A DNA stretch of 64,000 nucleotides from Halobacteriovoraceae bacterium (GCA_963719505.1 CAVRCF010000005.1:864001-928000), one strand, 5' to 3'. Shown: positions 38,543 to 49,914, numbered from the stretch's first letter. A program made the numbers and translations. The notes: generated by a model from the letters alone, not told the origin.

Positions 38543-39766
38543 TTAATTTAGTTTTGATTTTCCAGGATACTTCTTCTTCTCAATAGAGGCTGTTATTTCT
38601 TTTTCTAGGGCCTCTTCTTTTTCATCAATTGTTTTCTTAGACTTTTCTATAGCCTCATCAACTTCTTCTTCTAACTCATCAAAGACTTTAAATTCTTTTG
38701 GAGGATTAAAGATGGCTTGATTCACAAACCTGCGAAGGGCCTTTAAATCTGAAAAATCTCCACCACTAATCATCCCAACGTAGAGGGTTTTTCCTCTTTT
38801 AATAACTTTCTGAGTTGTTGGAATGAGGGTAATGAAAAAATCTCTCGGACATGATATTCTAAAATTTGAATTTATCGGAATCTCGCTTTCATAATAAAAC
38901 GAAAAGATATTTTCTGAAAGACTATTGACCTCGACCTCAAATTCAATTTCAAGGGTACTCATTTGCCCCGTTCGCGCTTTAAATAAAAGAAGCTCTTTAT
39001 TATGACGCTCAAGAATAGGTGATTTTGAAGATTTCTCAATCATCTTCATTAATATTTGACCATCTAATCTCAAACTAGAACTCATGATATTCGTATAGCC
39101 GTAGGCGCTAATCAAGGCAGCAGACTTTGATTTCATATTAAAGAGACATATTGTGGGTGTATAATCTTCTACCGCTTTAATTTTTTCCAGTAATTTTTCC
39201 ATCTGCCGAAAAACCTGTTCACTATCTTCCATGTCGATAAAGATGTACTGGAGCCTAGATGCTTTTATAACCTCTATGAGATGATCCAAAGAGGTCTTTC
39301 TCATAAAAAAAACATCTTCACCTCGATAAAGAGAATTGGTTTCAAGATTATTATTATCTGAACAAACTAAAACACTTTTCGTTCGATGAAAAAAAGTCTC
39401 TCGGTTATCATCCAACCAAGTATCAAGAGTGTCTTCAGAGAAGCCAGTTCCTTCATCTACTCCCCAAGCGCTTTCAAATTTGAGTTCCAATCGATAAGTC
39501 GAATAAAAGTCATAAACTGTAGACTCGGGACTATATTGAGAGAACTCACACTTCACTCCACCCAGAACATCAAGAGCACAGTTAGAGAGGGTTATCTCTT
39601 TCATGTCTTCAAGGGGAGCATCCGTTTCAATATTAATACTTAGTCCATCAATACTTGAGAAAAGACTTTTTGCTTTTAATGTGGTTGGTAAATTTAAATT
39701 TTTTACTGCGGCATAGGTCGTCAAAAGCTTGGGATCTTCGAAGGTTAGAAACTGGATATTATTCAT
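38543..39766 (-). CDS. Hypothetical signalling protein (degenerate receiver-like centre, possible PilZ-like C-terminus)
   Basis: 407-aa ORF; YIFIDME...LLEKIK...PTICLFN resembles a receiver; VNSLSEN...LRRFVN resembles PilZ-type barrels. True start uncertain. Confidence 0.5.
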   Translation of the reverse strand: MNNIQFLTFEDPKLLTTYAAVKNLNLPTTLKAKSLFSSIDGLSINIETDAPLEDMKEITLSNCALDVLGGVKCEFSQYSPESTVYDFYSTYRLELKFESAWGVDEGTGFSEDTLDTWLDDNRETFFHRTKSVLVCSDNNNLETNSLYRGEDVFFMRKTSLDHLIEVIKASRLQYIFIDMEDSEQVFRQMEKLLEKIKAVEDYTPTICLFNMKSKSAALISAYGYTNIMSSSLRLDGQILMKMIEKSSKSPILERHNKELLLFKARTGQMSTLEIEFEVEVNSLSENIFSFYYESEIPINSNFRISCPRDFFITLIPTTQKVIKRGKTLYVGMISGGDFSDLKALRRFVNQAIFNPPKEFKVFDELEEEVDEAIEKSKKTIDEKEEALEKEITASIEKKKYPGKSKLN

Positions 39767-39827
39767 GAACTTTTTGTCATCCTCTCCTTTAATATAAGCA
39801 TAACAAGAGCCATAAAATAAAGTTTTT

Positions 39828-40064
39828 TCATTTTATGCTAGTCCATTTTTTTATCCCAAATAGAGACAATAGATATCGAGAATGTTGAGGCGTCTCGACT
39901 AAATAACTATTTAGATCTGCCTTTCGATGAATCTCAGCTAAGTCTATGAGAACAATTTCGAGTTGCTGATCAATATTTTTGAAATTTTCCTTCCATTCTT
40001 TTTCAATGCACTTTAATTCAAGGAAGTTCGATTGTTTAAACTCTAGAAGACTCACTTTCACCAT
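39828..40064 (-). CDS. Small hypothetical protein
   Basis: 78-aa ORF filling the gap between co-oriented genes. Confidence 0.45.
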   Translation of the reverse strand: MVKVSLLEFKQSNFLELKCIEKEWKENFKNIDQQLEIVLIDLAEIHRKADLNSYLVETPQHSRYLLSLFGIKKWTSIK

Positions 40065-40110
40065 ATTAGAGTAGTCTTAGTCGTTTGAAAGAAAAGAAGA
40101 TTTTACGCTT

Positions 40111-41508
40111 TCATTTATTCTTCACCATGCACCCTATAAAAGACTTAATACATTCTGAATCATATTTGGTCACCTGCTCTCTTGACTTAATAAAGTCTCT
40201 CATTGCCTTGATTGGGGTCGTATTCTTTGAGATAACAAACTCAGCGAAGCTACTTGCAAAACAGACAATCTTTGCCAACGGAAAAATCCTTTGACCGGTC
40301 AAACCATTTGGGTACCCCTTCCCGTTTATAAACTCTCTATGTTGATTGATAATCTGCTTAACTTGCTGGGGAACACTGGTCCCACTTAAAAGATTAAAGC
40401 CTTCAGTGGGGTAAGATTCGTAAATTAATTTCTGTGCTGCCGTTAACTCCTCGTAAGCTTTCCCTCTTATCTCGTCGGGAAGATTTAATTTTCCGATTTC
40501 GTGAAGTAAAGCTCCTTGGATAACATACTTCCCACTCAACTCTCCCCCCCACTGCATTCCTGAAAGTGTTATATTGGCGAAAAATGAGGTCAAGAACATA
40601 TAAGATATTTTTTCAGGATTTTCTTCAAAAAGAGCATTTATTAGAGCTCCCGTGCTTTTATCATTTTTTACAATATTATAGAGATTGTCACAAAGCTCTT
40701 TGGTCTGTTGAGTGAGCTTGGAATCAAGACCTTTTAGGTAAACCTCAGAGACGAAGTGATCTATTAATCCTTTTGACGCCGCGAGAGCTTCCACTCCATA
40801 GATCTTTCTCCTCTTCAAATACTTTGTGAGAAATTTATTCATAAACTCTATATACTCACCTCGATCTTTTGTCATAAAGTAGAGATTCTCAACGTCTTTT
40901 TTCTCTTCGTACTCTTTAAGTCTCGCTCTTGAAAATGCCTCTCCTTTATTTAGAAATTTGAGGTATTTATCTTTTCCAACTCTAATATAGAAATCAAAAA
41001 GAGTCGTTGATCCAAGGTAGATTTCACTGATAGCGATTTTTGTAAACTTAGCATCGGAAAGTGTTGTCGCATCTCCAAAGCTTATCTCGTTACCTCTGAT
41101 TGATTCTTGCCACTTTCTCTCTGCGGGATCATCCCTTAAAACATCAAGGATTTTATCATCACTATAAGGCTTTTTTACCATGGTACAAATACCAAGCTTA
41201 GACGACATTTTTTCGTCGAGTAGACCCAGATCTTCCGCCTCTAATTTGTCGGTATAAGTAAAGATAACTCTCGAAGCTGGAGAGTTAATTCTTATAAATG
41301 TAAGGAGATCAAAACTAGAGGTATTCTTGAGGTCGATATCGACGATGATAATTTTGAATTTCTTTTTGCTTATTTCAACCTGAGCACATTTACCAGTTTG
41401 GGCTGTCGCCACGAAATAGCTGGCATTTGTAAAGACCTTATTAAGCTTTTGCGCTAAATCAACATCAATGTCACATATTAATACCGAATCACTCAATGAA
41501 ACAACCAC
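40111..41508 (-). CDS. Receiver domain plus degenerate HD-GYP domain protein
   Basis: N-terminal receiver (IIIVDIDL...KKP); C-terminal LLHEIGK, QHREFINGKGYPNGL, IFPLAKIV. Confidence 0.85.
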   Translation of the reverse strand: MVVSLSDSVLICDIDVDLAQKLNKVFTNASYFVATAQTGKCAQVEISKKKFKIIIVDIDLKNTSSFDLLTFIRINSPASRVIFTYTDKLEAEDLGLLDEKMSSKLGICTMVKKPYSDDKILDVLRDDPAERKWQESIRGNEISFGDATTLSDAKFTKIAISEIYLGSTTLFDFYIRVGKDKYLKFLNKGEAFSRARLKEYEEKKDVENLYFMTKDRGEYIEFMNKFLTKYLKRRKIYGVEALAASKGLIDHFVSEVYLKGLDSKLTQQTKELCDNLYNIVKNDKSTGALINALFEENPEKISYMFLTSFFANITLSGMQWGGELSGKYVIQGALLHEIGKLNLPDEIRGKAYEELTAAQKLIYESYPTEGFNLLSGTSVPQQVKQIINQHREFINGKGYPNGLTGQRIFPLAKIVCFASSFAEFVISKNTTPIKAMRDFIKSREQVTKYDSECIKSFIGCMVKNK

Positions 41509-41605
41509 CTGTATGACAAAAATCTATATGAGTCATAGTATGATGTTAAATCAATGCAGGCTATAACAAAACAGGAATTTGCCTTAAGTTTTCTTAAGGT
41601 GCTCT

Positions 41606-42433
41606 TTATTTAACGTGACCCCATATATCTTCAACCCATTGCGGGTTGTCAATAAACGGATTTCTGTTTCCTTGGTATTTCTCACCGATATCACATCTTT
41701 TCATCTCGTGCTCGCTAACTGGGTCCATTTTGTGCCATTTTACTAATAGTTTGATAAACCAATCAGCATAAACCTGATCAGAAGTACCATTTAGCATGGT
41801 GTGGTTCCAAGAAGTAACTCTATCTTCATATCTTGTTGCAAAATAGAGAAGAGCTCTCGCGATATCACCTTTAAATTCATCAATTGGCTCAAAAACCCGT
41901 CCATTGTAGCCATCAGTTGTATTATTTCCAAGTTTAGAGCCATTGGCTGATACCCAAACTGGTCTATCAACTTCTCCAAATGGGAAGTTTGACCTTCTAC
42001 CATTAACATATCCATCAGTTGGGTAAACGTGGAAGAAGTCAGATCTCATTGGAGCTGCTTTATTAAAAATACCTTGAGGGAAAACATGCTCTCTATTGAA
42101 ACAATCAGATTCTTTCTGATAGTTTCCACACTTTTGACCTTTCTTTGAAAATTGGTAGGGGTCGTATGAGGATGGGTTTTCAGAGTACATATCGACAATT
42201 GAGCCATCTCCATTATAGGTCGTATCTGCATCACTGTTGAAATAGACATTCATCAAAGATCCATAACCTCTATTTATATGAGTTCTTTTGACAATTTTCT
42301 TAAGAGCTGTTTTGAGTTTGTATCCCGAAAGAGATTTTACTTCGTTATAGAAACCTTTATCTGCGACAGCAAAAACTGATGAAGACATAAGAGTGAGTAG
42401 GACTATTGCTTTAAGTATTCTTGGTGATTTCAA
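41606..42433 (-). CDS. Secreted endonuclease I family nuclease
   Basis: NREHVFPQ, DGYVNGRRSNFPFG, FEPIDEFKGDIAR, WHKMDPVS, QGNRNPFID; signal peptide. Confidence 0.93.
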   Translation of the reverse strand: MKSPRILKAIVLLTLMSSSVFAVADKGFYNEVKSLSGYKLKTALKKIVKRTHINRGYGSLMNVYFNSDADTTYNGDGSIVDMYSENPSSYDPYQFSKKGQKCGNYQKESDCFNREHVFPQGIFNKAAPMRSDFFHVYPTDGYVNGRRSNFPFGEVDRPVWVSANGSKLGNNTTDGYNGRVFEPIDEFKGDIARALLYFATRYEDRVTSWNHTMLNGTSDQVYADWFIKLLVKWHKMDPVSEHEMKRCDIGEKYQGNRNPFIDNPQWVEDIWGHVK

Positions 42434-42614
42434 CTGCTTCCCCTTTTATGTAAGAACAACTAATACAAAACTTAACTTTATCTAATAGATTTGACTGAAT
42501 TCTAAACACTCAATTTCTAAAGAGCAAGTAATTTCTTACGTTATTTTAAGGTCTTAAAATTTTCACATCAAGGGGGAATCACTAAGTGTAATTAAATGTT
42601 TTATACGCAGAGAG

Positions 42615-43277
42615 TTATTTTTTTATAATAGGTCGTTTTCTATTTGGGTACAAAGTTGTGCAAATGGGACATACAAGCCCTCGGCAACCCCTCGCCGTGC
42701 AGTATTCGCGGCCATAGAATATAATTTGAAGGTGAAGTTTATTCCAGCTCTCAATGGGAAACAGTTTTTTTAAATCTTTTTCTGTCTGTTCAACGTTTTT
42801 TCCGTCTGTCAGTTTCCAGTTCTGAGCGAGTCGATGAATATGAGTATCGACAGGAAATGCGGGCATTCCAAATGCCTGACTCAAAACGACGCCTGCAGTT
42901 TTGTGCCCCACTCCAGGGAGTTCCTCGAGATCCTCAAAATTTTCTGGAACCAGACCTCCGTGTTTATTGATAAGAATATGGGAAAGATCCCAAATCGCTT
43001 TAGATTTTCTGGGGCTTAAGCCACAGGGTCTTATGATCTCTTTTATTTGTTCGACTTTTACTTTAACCATATCGAATGGGTTTGAGGCGAGTTTAAACAA
43101 AGCTGGTGTGACTTTGTTCACTCTTTCATCAGTGCACTGAGCAGAAAGCAAAACGGCGATAAGAAGAGTATAGGGGCTTGTATTATCTAGAGGACAGGGT
43201 GTCTCCGGGTAAAGCCTTTCAAGCTCATGCAAAATATACTCAGCTCGTCTTTTTTTAGAAGTTGTATAATTAATCAT
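42615..43277 (-). CDS. nth: Endonuclease III (DNA glycosylase/AP lyase)
   Basis: LLSAQCTD, LPGVGHKTA HhH motif, FPVDTH, C-terminal Fe-S Cys cluster. Confidence 0.96.
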   Translation of the reverse strand: MINYTTSKKRRAEYILHELERLYPETPCPLDNTSPYTLLIAVLLSAQCTDERVNKVTPALFKLASNPFDMVKVKVEQIKEIIRPCGLSPRKSKAIWDLSHILINKHGGLVPENFEDLEELPGVGHKTAGVVLSQAFGMPAFPVDTHIHRLAQNWKLTDGKNVEQTEKDLKKLFPIESWNKLHLQIIFYGREYCTARGCRGLVCPICTTLYPNRKRPIIKK

Positions 43278-44275
43278 TTATTAAACTCTTTAAACGTTTT
43301 TGCGAAAAGAGTATCGCTCGCCTCTATCACAGAGAGCTTATTGTTTAAAACATCGGCATGCAGAGAATTTAAATTATTTTCAAAATCAGGTTCATCTAAA
43401 ATCTCGCTATTAACCTTCTCAAAGAAAAGCTCTTTAAGCCATTTCAAGACTTGATCATTTCTCTTGTGATTAATTCTATTGTCTTTATTCATTTTTGAAT
43501 AAAATTCATTAATAAGGGTCCAAATATTATCTAAGCCCTCACCTTTTAAGCCTGAACAAAGAGTAACTGGAGGAACCCAAAAGTCACTCGAGCGCAAGAT
43601 GTGAAGTGCCGATTCATATTCGCCTTTGGCAAGCTTGGCTAACATCATCTTATCCCCGTCGGCTTTATTAATGGCCACAAGGTCAGCTAGTTCTAAAATT
43701 CCTCTTTTTATTCCTTGGAGATCATCGCCAGCTCCCGGTTGCATAAGCACCAAAAAGAAATCTACAAGCTTTGATACAGTGACCTCTGATTGCCCGACAC
43801 CTACAGTTTCAACGATAACGACGTCAAAGCCCGCAGCCTCACACAAAAGGAGACTCTCCCGCGTCTTAGAGGCAACCCCACCGAGGTTCATTCCACTTGG
43901 AGTTGGCCTAATAAATGATTTGGGATTGCTAGAGAGTTTATTCATTCTCGTCTTATCTCCCAGAATACTTCCCCCACTTTTATAACTAGTGGGATCAATT
44001 GCTAAAACGGCAACTTTTAAACCGAGGTCATCTATAAGATAGCTTCCAAAAGTTTCTATAAAGGTCGACTTTCCAACACCTGGAGTTCCAGAGATACCAA
44101 TTCTTTTTGCTGAACCAGTGAGAGGCATAATCTTTTTTAAAACTTCTCTGGCGATTTGTTGATGTTCAAACTTTTTACTCTCAACTAAAGTAATAGCTCG
44201 AGAAAGCGTCGTCATATCGGCATCTTTAATACCTTTGACATACTCATCAACACTTAGGTTCTTTCTCAGACTCAT
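43274..44275 (-). CDS. meaB: Methylmalonyl-CoA mutase-associated GTPase MeaB
   Basis: [33 protein letters not shown]. Confidence 0.96.
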   Translation of the reverse strand: MSLRKNLSVDEYVKGIKDADMTTLSRAITLVESKKFEHQQIAREVLKKIMPLTGSAKRIGISGTPGVGKSTFIETFGSYLIDDLGLKVAVLAIDPTSYKSGGSILGDKTRMNKLSSNPKSFIRPTPSGMNLGGVASKTRESLLLCEAAGFDVVIVETVGVGQSEVTVSKLVDFFLVLMQPGAGDDLQGIKRGILELADLVAINKADGDKMMLAKLAKGEYESALHILRSSDFWVPPVTLCSGLKGEGLDNIWTLINEFYSKMNKDNRINHKRNDQVLKWLKELFFEKVNSEILDEPDFENNLNSLHADVLNNKLSVIEASDTLFAKTFKEFNK

Positions 44276-46401
44276 TTGTGACCTAATACAACTTTAATTT
44301 TTTTGAGAAGCTCGATCGCAGATTCAGAGATGACAGTTCCTGGACCAAACACAGACATAACCCCCATATCAAAAAGAGTTTTATAGTCGTCAGGAGGAAT
44401 CACTCCCCCAACCACGATGGCGATATCTTCTCTATTCAATTCTTTTAAAGCTTTTTGAAGGGCTGGCACTAAAGTGAGGTGACCAGCGGCCAGTGAACTT
44501 GCCGCAATAAAATGAACATCATTTTCTACCGCTTGCTTTGCCGTCTCTTCAGGTGTTTGAAAGAGTGGGCCTATATCAACATCAAAGCCTAAGTCTGCAT
44601 AAGCTGTGGCCACAACCTTTTGACCTCTGTCATGACCATCTTGACCCATTTTAGCAATAAGGATTCTAGGTCGTCTCCCTTCTGCTTTTTCAAAGGTTTC
44701 AATAAGGCCAGTTAAAATCTTTACACCATCGTTTTCTTCACCCAATGTATTCATATAAACGCCTTTTATAGATTTAATGACAGCTGTATGTCGCCCGTAT
44801 ACATTCTCAAGAGCTGTACTTATCTCACCGACTGTGGCTTTTGCTCTGGCAGCTTTTACGGCCAGATCAAGAAGATTACCTTCATTAGATTTAGCCGCCT
44901 TCTCAATATCGAGAAGCTTTACTTGCACAGCTTTTTCGTCTCTTTCTTCTTTAAGCTCTTTAAGCCTTCTCAGTTGAGCAATACGCACTTTGGTATTATC
45001 AACTTTTAATACGGGAATATCTTCCTCAAAGTCAGGGACATCTTTATTTAGACCGATAATAATTTGTTTTTTAGAGTCTATTCTGGCTTGAGTTTTTGCA
45101 GCTGCTTCTTCAATTCTCATTTTAGGAATTCCAGCTTCAATCGCCTTACTCATCCCTCCATACTCTTCAACTTCTTTGATGTGCTCCCAAGCTTTTGCCG
45201 CAAGATCAGAGGTAAGCTTTTCAATAAAGAAGCTTCCACCCCAAGGATCAATTGTTTTACAAGTGTCCGTTTCATTTTGAATAAAAAGCTGAGTATTTCT
45301 CGCTATTCGCGCACTAAAATCAGTGGGAAGAGCGAGGGCTTCATCTAAAGAGTTTGTATGAAGTGATTGAGTGGCGCCGTGACTTGCGGCCATGGCTTCA
45401 ACACAGGTTCTGGTTACATTATTAAAAACATCTTGAGCTGTTAAACTCCATCCACTTGTCTGACAATGAGTTCTAAGGCTCATGGATTTTTCAAGTTTAG
45501 GTGAAAACATTTTTACGATTTTTGCCCATAGAAGTCTGCCCGCCCTCATTTTTGCCACTTCCATAGGATAGTTCATTCCTATGGCCCAAAAAAACGAAAG
45601 TCTTGGAGCAAATTTATCGATATCAATCCCCGCATCAATTCCCGCTCTGATATACTCGAGCCCATCCGCTAAAGTATAAGCGAGCTCTAAATCAGCTGTC
45701 GCCCCGGCCTCTTGCATATGATAGCCAGAGATACTAATAGAATTAAACTTTGGCATATGGGTAGATGTATATTCGAAAATATCGGCGATAATCTTCATGC
45801 TAGGAGCTGGTGGATAGATATAAGTATTTCTCACCATGAATTCTTTTAAGATATCATTTTGAATTGTTCCTGAGAGTTTATCCTGTGAAACTCCTTGTTC
45901 TTCAGCGGCTACGATGTAAAGAGCAAGAATGGGAAGAACGGCTCCATTCATTGTCATTGAAACACTCATTTGATCAAGCGGAATCTTGTCAAAAAGAATT
46001 TGCATATCTTTAATAGAATCGATGGCCACACCGGCCATCCCAACATCACCTAAAACTCTTGGATGATCAGAGTCATAGCCCCTATGAGTCGCTAGATCAA
46101 AAGCAATCGAGAGTCCCTTCTGACCTTTTGAGAGATTTCTTAGGTAAAAAGCATTACTCTCTTCAGCTGTAGAAAAACCCGCATATTGCCTTACAGTCCA
46201 TGGCTTTGTTCGGTACATGGTTGAATAAGGTCCTCTAATAAAGGGCGCAAACCCAGGAAGAGTTCCCACGTGATCAGAGTCTTCTAAATCAGAAAAAGTA
46301 TATGATTCTTTAAGACTTATTTCCTCTGGAGTCACAAAACTTTTATTGAATTCTTTTGATTTATTCTTTTTATTAAAAATATCTATAGATGAAAGATTCA
46401 T
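44272..46401 (-). CDS. scpA: Methylmalonyl-CoA mutase large (catalytic, AdoCbl-binding) subunit
   Basis: [29 protein letters not shown] and the DGHDRG cobalamin-binding motif. Confidence 0.97.
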   Translation of the reverse strand: MNLSSIDIFNKKNKSKEFNKSFVTPEEISLKESYTFSDLEDSDHVGTLPGFAPFIRGPYSTMYRTKPWTVRQYAGFSTAEESNAFYLRNLSKGQKGLSIAFDLATHRGYDSDHPRVLGDVGMAGVAIDSIKDMQILFDKIPLDQMSVSMTMNGAVLPILALYIVAAEEQGVSQDKLSGTIQNDILKEFMVRNTYIYPPAPSMKIIADIFEYTSTHMPKFNSISISGYHMQEAGATADLELAYTLADGLEYIRAGIDAGIDIDKFAPRLSFFWAIGMNYPMEVAKMRAGRLLWAKIVKMFSPKLEKSMSLRTHCQTSGWSLTAQDVFNNVTRTCVEAMAASHGATQSLHTNSLDEALALPTDFSARIARNTQLFIQNETDTCKTIDPWGGSFFIEKLTSDLAAKAWEHIKEVEEYGGMSKAIEAGIPKMRIEEAAAKTQARIDSKKQIIIGLNKDVPDFEEDIPVLKVDNTKVRIAQLRRLKELKEERDEKAVQVKLLDIEKAAKSNEGNLLDLAVKAARAKATVGEISTALENVYGRHTAVIKSIKGVYMNTLGEENDGVKILTGLIETFEKAEGRRPRILIAKMGQDGHDRGQKVVATAYADLGFDVDIGPLFQTPEETAKQAVENDVHFIAASSLAAGHLTLVPALQKALKELNREDIAIVVGGVIPPDDYKTLFDMGVMSVFGPGTVISESAIELLKKIKVVLGHK

Positions 46402-47735
46402 ACATTCTCCTTCATAACAAAACTTTTTAAGACACTGAAAATATCTTGTCCCATAAACAGATTACTTGTGATCTTTTCATTCTCATGCGCAAAGTTTCCG
46501 GCTAAGTAAATACTCATTGGATTTTTAGCAGCGACCGCTTCAACATATTTATCGAGCTCTTTTTCATAAGCCGTATCTGTCGCACAGATAATGACATGCT
46601 TATTCTCTTTTAACTCATCTATTGAATGAGCAATCTCAACTTTAGAGCCCACAACTTCAAAGTAATTCTGGCAAAAATTAATTCTTCCCGAAAGCTTCGC
46701 TTCTGTGTCAAAAAGAACAATCGCCACGGGATTTTCTTTGGCCTTAAACTTGGATCTTAATTCATCAAATTCAAAGCTCACTGGTCTTATAGGAAAGAGA
46801 TCATCTTTTATTTTTGGTATTTTAAATTCAGTTTGATAAATATTTTTTAGTGTCTCATCTGGGTTAGCAAAATTATTAACACCGGTGATCGTTATTTTTC
46901 TCTCTCGAGCCAGGGCAAACCTCTTTTGAGCAACGCTCTCTATTTCTTTTGCAAAATCTTGATCTGTTGAGTAATCGAGCGCCAACTTCCAACCTTTTTC
47001 AATCATAGTCTCTGTCATATGTTCAACGCTATAACTGCCTTTAGAATAATCCTTCACTTGAGCGAGATGACTCTCCTCCAGAAGTATCTTGAGGTGGTTA
47101 CGACTTTGTCTTAGTCCAAGACCTGAACAGTCATTTCCAGTCATCTCGGAGTATAAGGCATCGTAGCTATAAGAGCTTATGAAGTCAGCTCCTCCAATAA
47201 TTGCGGCCATTGAGCTTGTCACGTTTCTAAGCATATTAACCCATGGATCGAAAAGAGTTTGTTCTCTTAACGAGTTAAAAGCGTGAATTTTGAATTCAGT
47301 TTTGTTATCGGATTCTTCGCAGAGTCTTTCGAAAAGATAGCGCAGAGCTCTCAATTTTGAGATATTTGAAAAATAAAGAGAATCAAGGGCGACAGAAACT
47401 GATATCTCTTTTTTCTTCTCTATGAGGTCATTAAATTTAACAGTAGCAAAAGCCAACTCTTGAATAATACTCGCTCCACTATTATGGATCTTTGCTAAAT
47501 CGATATCGAAAGAATCAATCTTTGTTCCAGTATTAACCTGTGAGGGAAAAGTTGAAAGCTCGCAAATAAAATCTGTCTCTATCTGAATGGGATAAAGATC
47601 AAATCCCTCCACTGATTTAAAAAGAAGCCTTTTATCCAGATCTTCTGTTTTAAGCATAGCCTTGGTTGCTTCTTCCCAATCCCCAAGTGTTTTCTTAGGA
47701 AACAAGCCTTCGATATTAATAGTGTTATCAATCAT
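46398..47735 (-). CDS. mutA: Methylmalonyl-CoA mutase small subunit (short form)
   Basis: [35 protein letters not shown]; upstream of the large subunit; ATG 47735 with AAGGA RBS. Confidence 0.85.
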   Translation of the reverse strand: MIDNTINIEGLFPKKTLGDWEEATKAMLKTEDLDKRLLFKSVEGFDLYPIQIETDFICELSTFPSQVNTGTKIDSFDIDLAKIHNSGASIIQELAFATVKFNDLIEKKKEISVSVALDSLYFSNISKLRALRYLFERLCEESDNKTEFKIHAFNSLREQTLFDPWVNMLRNVTSSMAAIIGGADFISSYSYDALYSEMTGNDCSGLGLRQSRNHLKILLEESHLAQVKDYSKGSYSVEHMTETMIEKGWKLALDYSTDQDFAKEIESVAQKRFALARERKITITGVNNFANPDETLKNIYQTEFKIPKIKDDLFPIRPVSFEFDELRSKFKAKENPVAIVLFDTEAKLSGRINFCQNYFEVVGSKVEIAHSIDELKENKHVIICATDTAYEKELDKYVEAVAAKNPMSIYLAGNFAHENEKITSNLFMGQDIFSVLKSFVMKENV

Positions 47736-47814
47736 TTTTCCATCCTTAAATTTGATAAAATATACCAAAATAAAGCTAGTTATAAAAGAAAAGTGGCTCT
47801 ACTCTATGCAGCAT

Positions 47815-48579
47815 TTACCGATAATAAGGATGTTGTCTTATTTTTTGAAGGTAGTGAAGGGCTTGTTGCTCCCTAGCGAGCTCGGTGTTGGTTTTCAAAA
47901 AGTCTGGTCTAAACTTTAGAAGATTTAGAAGACTAATAAGTGTTTGACCTACTTCTAATATTGCTTGAGATACTTTTGTTGCGGCTTTAAAACCGACTCT
48001 TTCAAAAACAAATTGATCTTGCCCAAATGTTTTTTTCATTTGTAATCCTGATGCCTTAAATTTAAAAATAAAGTGAGCCTCGACAAAACCCTCGTCAAAC
48101 TCATCCCCTAATTCAAAGTCTTTAAGTTTTCTCTCTAAATAGCTCATCACATGAAAACGCAAAAAGCCGTTTTTAGAGTTAAACAGACTGTTTGAGAGAA
48201 TAAATTTTCCCTTTTTATTAAAGTAGAGCTTTGCTATCACAGCTCCTTGGATGTTGAATTTTTGAAAAGTGCTTGGAAATGTTAATCCCTCATCAATGAC
48301 CTCATAGAGTTCATATTTTTTTGTCCCAGCGTTGCTGAAGATTAGATTTTTAACAAATCCATCTGAGCTCGTTGCCAATAAAGAGCTGTTAAATGCATCA
48401 AAGATTGACGTCTGTTTAGATTCTTCTTTTTTACTTCGCTTTTTAGCTTTTGTTTGAGTCTCTACTTTTGACACTAATTTTAAAGGGATAACCCTATTGG
48501 CTTTATCACTAGGCTTTTGAATGAGTAGCAGTGGTAGATGTAAAATGGATGCCAATAAGAAGAACTTAAAAAGCTTCAA
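47815..48579 (-). CDS. TonB-like energy transducer (tentative)
   Basis: N-terminal TM containing His (FLLASILHLPLLLI), Lys-rich linker, FP...NIQGAVIAKLYFNKKG resembling TonB C-terminal domains; TTG start. Confidence 0.5.
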   Translation of the reverse strand: MKLFKFFLLASILHLPLLLIQKPSDKANRVIPLKLVSKVETQTKAKKRSKKEESKQTSIFDAFNSSLLATSSDGFVKNLIFSNAGTKKYELYEVIDEGLTFPSTFQKFNIQGAVIAKLYFNKKGKFILSNSLFNSKNGFLRFHVMSYLERKLKDFELGDEFDEGFVEAHFIFKFKASGLQMKKTFGQDQFVFERVGFKAATKVSQAILEVGQTLISLLNLLKFRPDFLKTNTELAREQQALHYLQKIRQHPYYR

Positions 48580-48874
48580 ATTCTACAGACTAAACGAATC
48601 AATGAATAAACCTAAACTGAAAATAACTAAAATCACTATGTTTTTATACATATTGCTCCTCTATTTTTAAAAAGAATAACCTACTCTTAGCCGCTTTTTT
48701 AAGGAAACAGTTGTAACAAAGGGTAACAGTGCGATTAAAAAACTGTCAAAAAATCTGACACCCAATATAGATATTTCCCTGACCCTCGATGGAGATCTTA
48801 AAAAGTGTAAAAATAGAACGAAATAAGAAACAAAAATAATTTATTTATCGGGTTTTGGATTCAAGGAGAATTGA

Positions 48875-49342
48875 ATGAAAAAGGTTTTATTAGCACTACT
48901 TTCCCTCACTTTTATCGCAACTGCATCTGCTCAAGATAGAAGTAGAGTTTCAGGTACTGTTCGTATTGGAGACGGAACAAATGTTATTAGAATCGATGTC
49001 AATTCAAATAATCGCAGTTCAAACACAAACATCAATAGACGAGTTGAAAGACTAGAAATGGCCGTAAGACAATTGCAAAATAGAGTCTATGAACTTGAAG
49101 AAACAACTGTTGACGAGGAAGGGTCTTTCAACTGCTCTGTAACAACTTGTAGAGAATCCACAAGTATCCACTCTGCTAGCGCTAATAATTGTCGATTCTT
49201 CGATATGTATGCCACTGAGTCAGTTAGGGTCTACGCTTATACAGGCGTTGATGCTGAGAGAAAAGCACTAGCAAAATTAAGATCAGATGCTGATGTTAAA
49301 CTTATTCAAGAATCAACTCTTTCATGCCGTGAGCAAAGATAG
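48875..49342 (+). CDS. Hypothetical secreted protein with short coiled coil
   Basis: AAGGAG RBS, signal peptide, RVERLEMAVRQLQNRVYELE coil, four Cys. Confidence 0.8.
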   Translation: MKKVLLALLSLTFIATASAQDRSRVSGTVRIGDGTNVIRIDVNSNNRSSNTNINRRVERLEMAVRQLQNRVYELEETTVDEEGSFNCSVTTCRESTSIHSASANNCRFFDMYATESVRVYAYTGVDAERKALAKLRSDADVKLIQESTLSCREQR

Positions 49343-49366
49343 TCAAAATTAATCAAACACATAACT

Positions 49367-49399
49367 GCTTGGACTTGTAAAAGTTCAAGCTTTTTTTTT
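49367..49399 (+). terminator. Intrinsic terminator
   Basis: gcttggactt-gtaa-aagttcaagc followed by T9. Confidence 0.85.
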
Positions 49400-49430
49400 G
49401 TTGAACATAAACCGCACAAAGGATCGCGAA

Positions 49431-49874
49431 ATGAAATTCTTATTGATATCACTTTTTACCCTTACAAGCTTATCGGCTTTCGCTGAAGATATCGTTTGCC
49501 AGGTTAAACTTATAGACTCGAGCTCTCTTGAGACTCTCTCCGAAAGAGAAATAAGACAAAATTCTTCCGGTATGGTCTCTGGAAGCATTGCCGGTGCAGA
49601 TTTCTATATTGAGTCGGTAAAAAGAAGACTTTTACGTAAACCAATTCCAAGCTCAGTCATCTCTTTTGGAAGAGTACAAAATGGATGGGATAATTCGACT
49701 ACTATTCAATTTTGGAGAAAGTCGAATCCAAATAGACACGGAATTCTTGTCGATTCACAGAATATTGGATCTGAAATAAAAGTCTTTCCAGGTGAAAAAG
49801 TTGAGGAAAACCTTGGAGATGATTATCTGGCCAGCATTGCGTGCAGCTTGCAAGAGAGTCAATATTACTTTTAA
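49431..49874 (+). CDS. Hypothetical secreted protein
   Basis: ATG 49431 after AAGGA; signal peptide MKFLLISLFTLTSLSAFA. Confidence 0.72.
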   Translation: MKFLLISLFTLTSLSAFAEDIVCQVKLIDSSSLETLSEREIRQNSSGMVSGSIAGADFYIESVKRRLLRKPIPSSVISFGRVQNGWDNSTTIQFWRKSNPNRHGILVDSQNIGSEIKVFPGEKVEENLGDDYLASIACSLQESQYYF

Positions 49875-49888
49875 TAATCCTCATTTTG

Positions 49889-49913
49889 CCTGTAGAACAC
49901 TTTGCTCTACAGG
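49889..49913. terminator. Hairpin between convergent genes, possible terminator
   Basis: cctgtaga-N9-tctacagg; no clean U tract. Confidence 0.5.
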
Positions 49914-49914
49914 A

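Noticed and set aside
41582-42560. TTAAG..CTTAA palindromes on both sides of the endonuclease I gene (41582-41599, 42543-42560) as mobile-element ends
   Set aside because: Short AT-rich palindromes with different spacers, no target duplication and no transposase; more likely terminator- or operator-like, or chance.
48845-48852. Minus-strand CCCGATAA as a fourth sigma-28 promoter
   Set aside because: No TAAA-like -35 element at 15-16 bp spacing.
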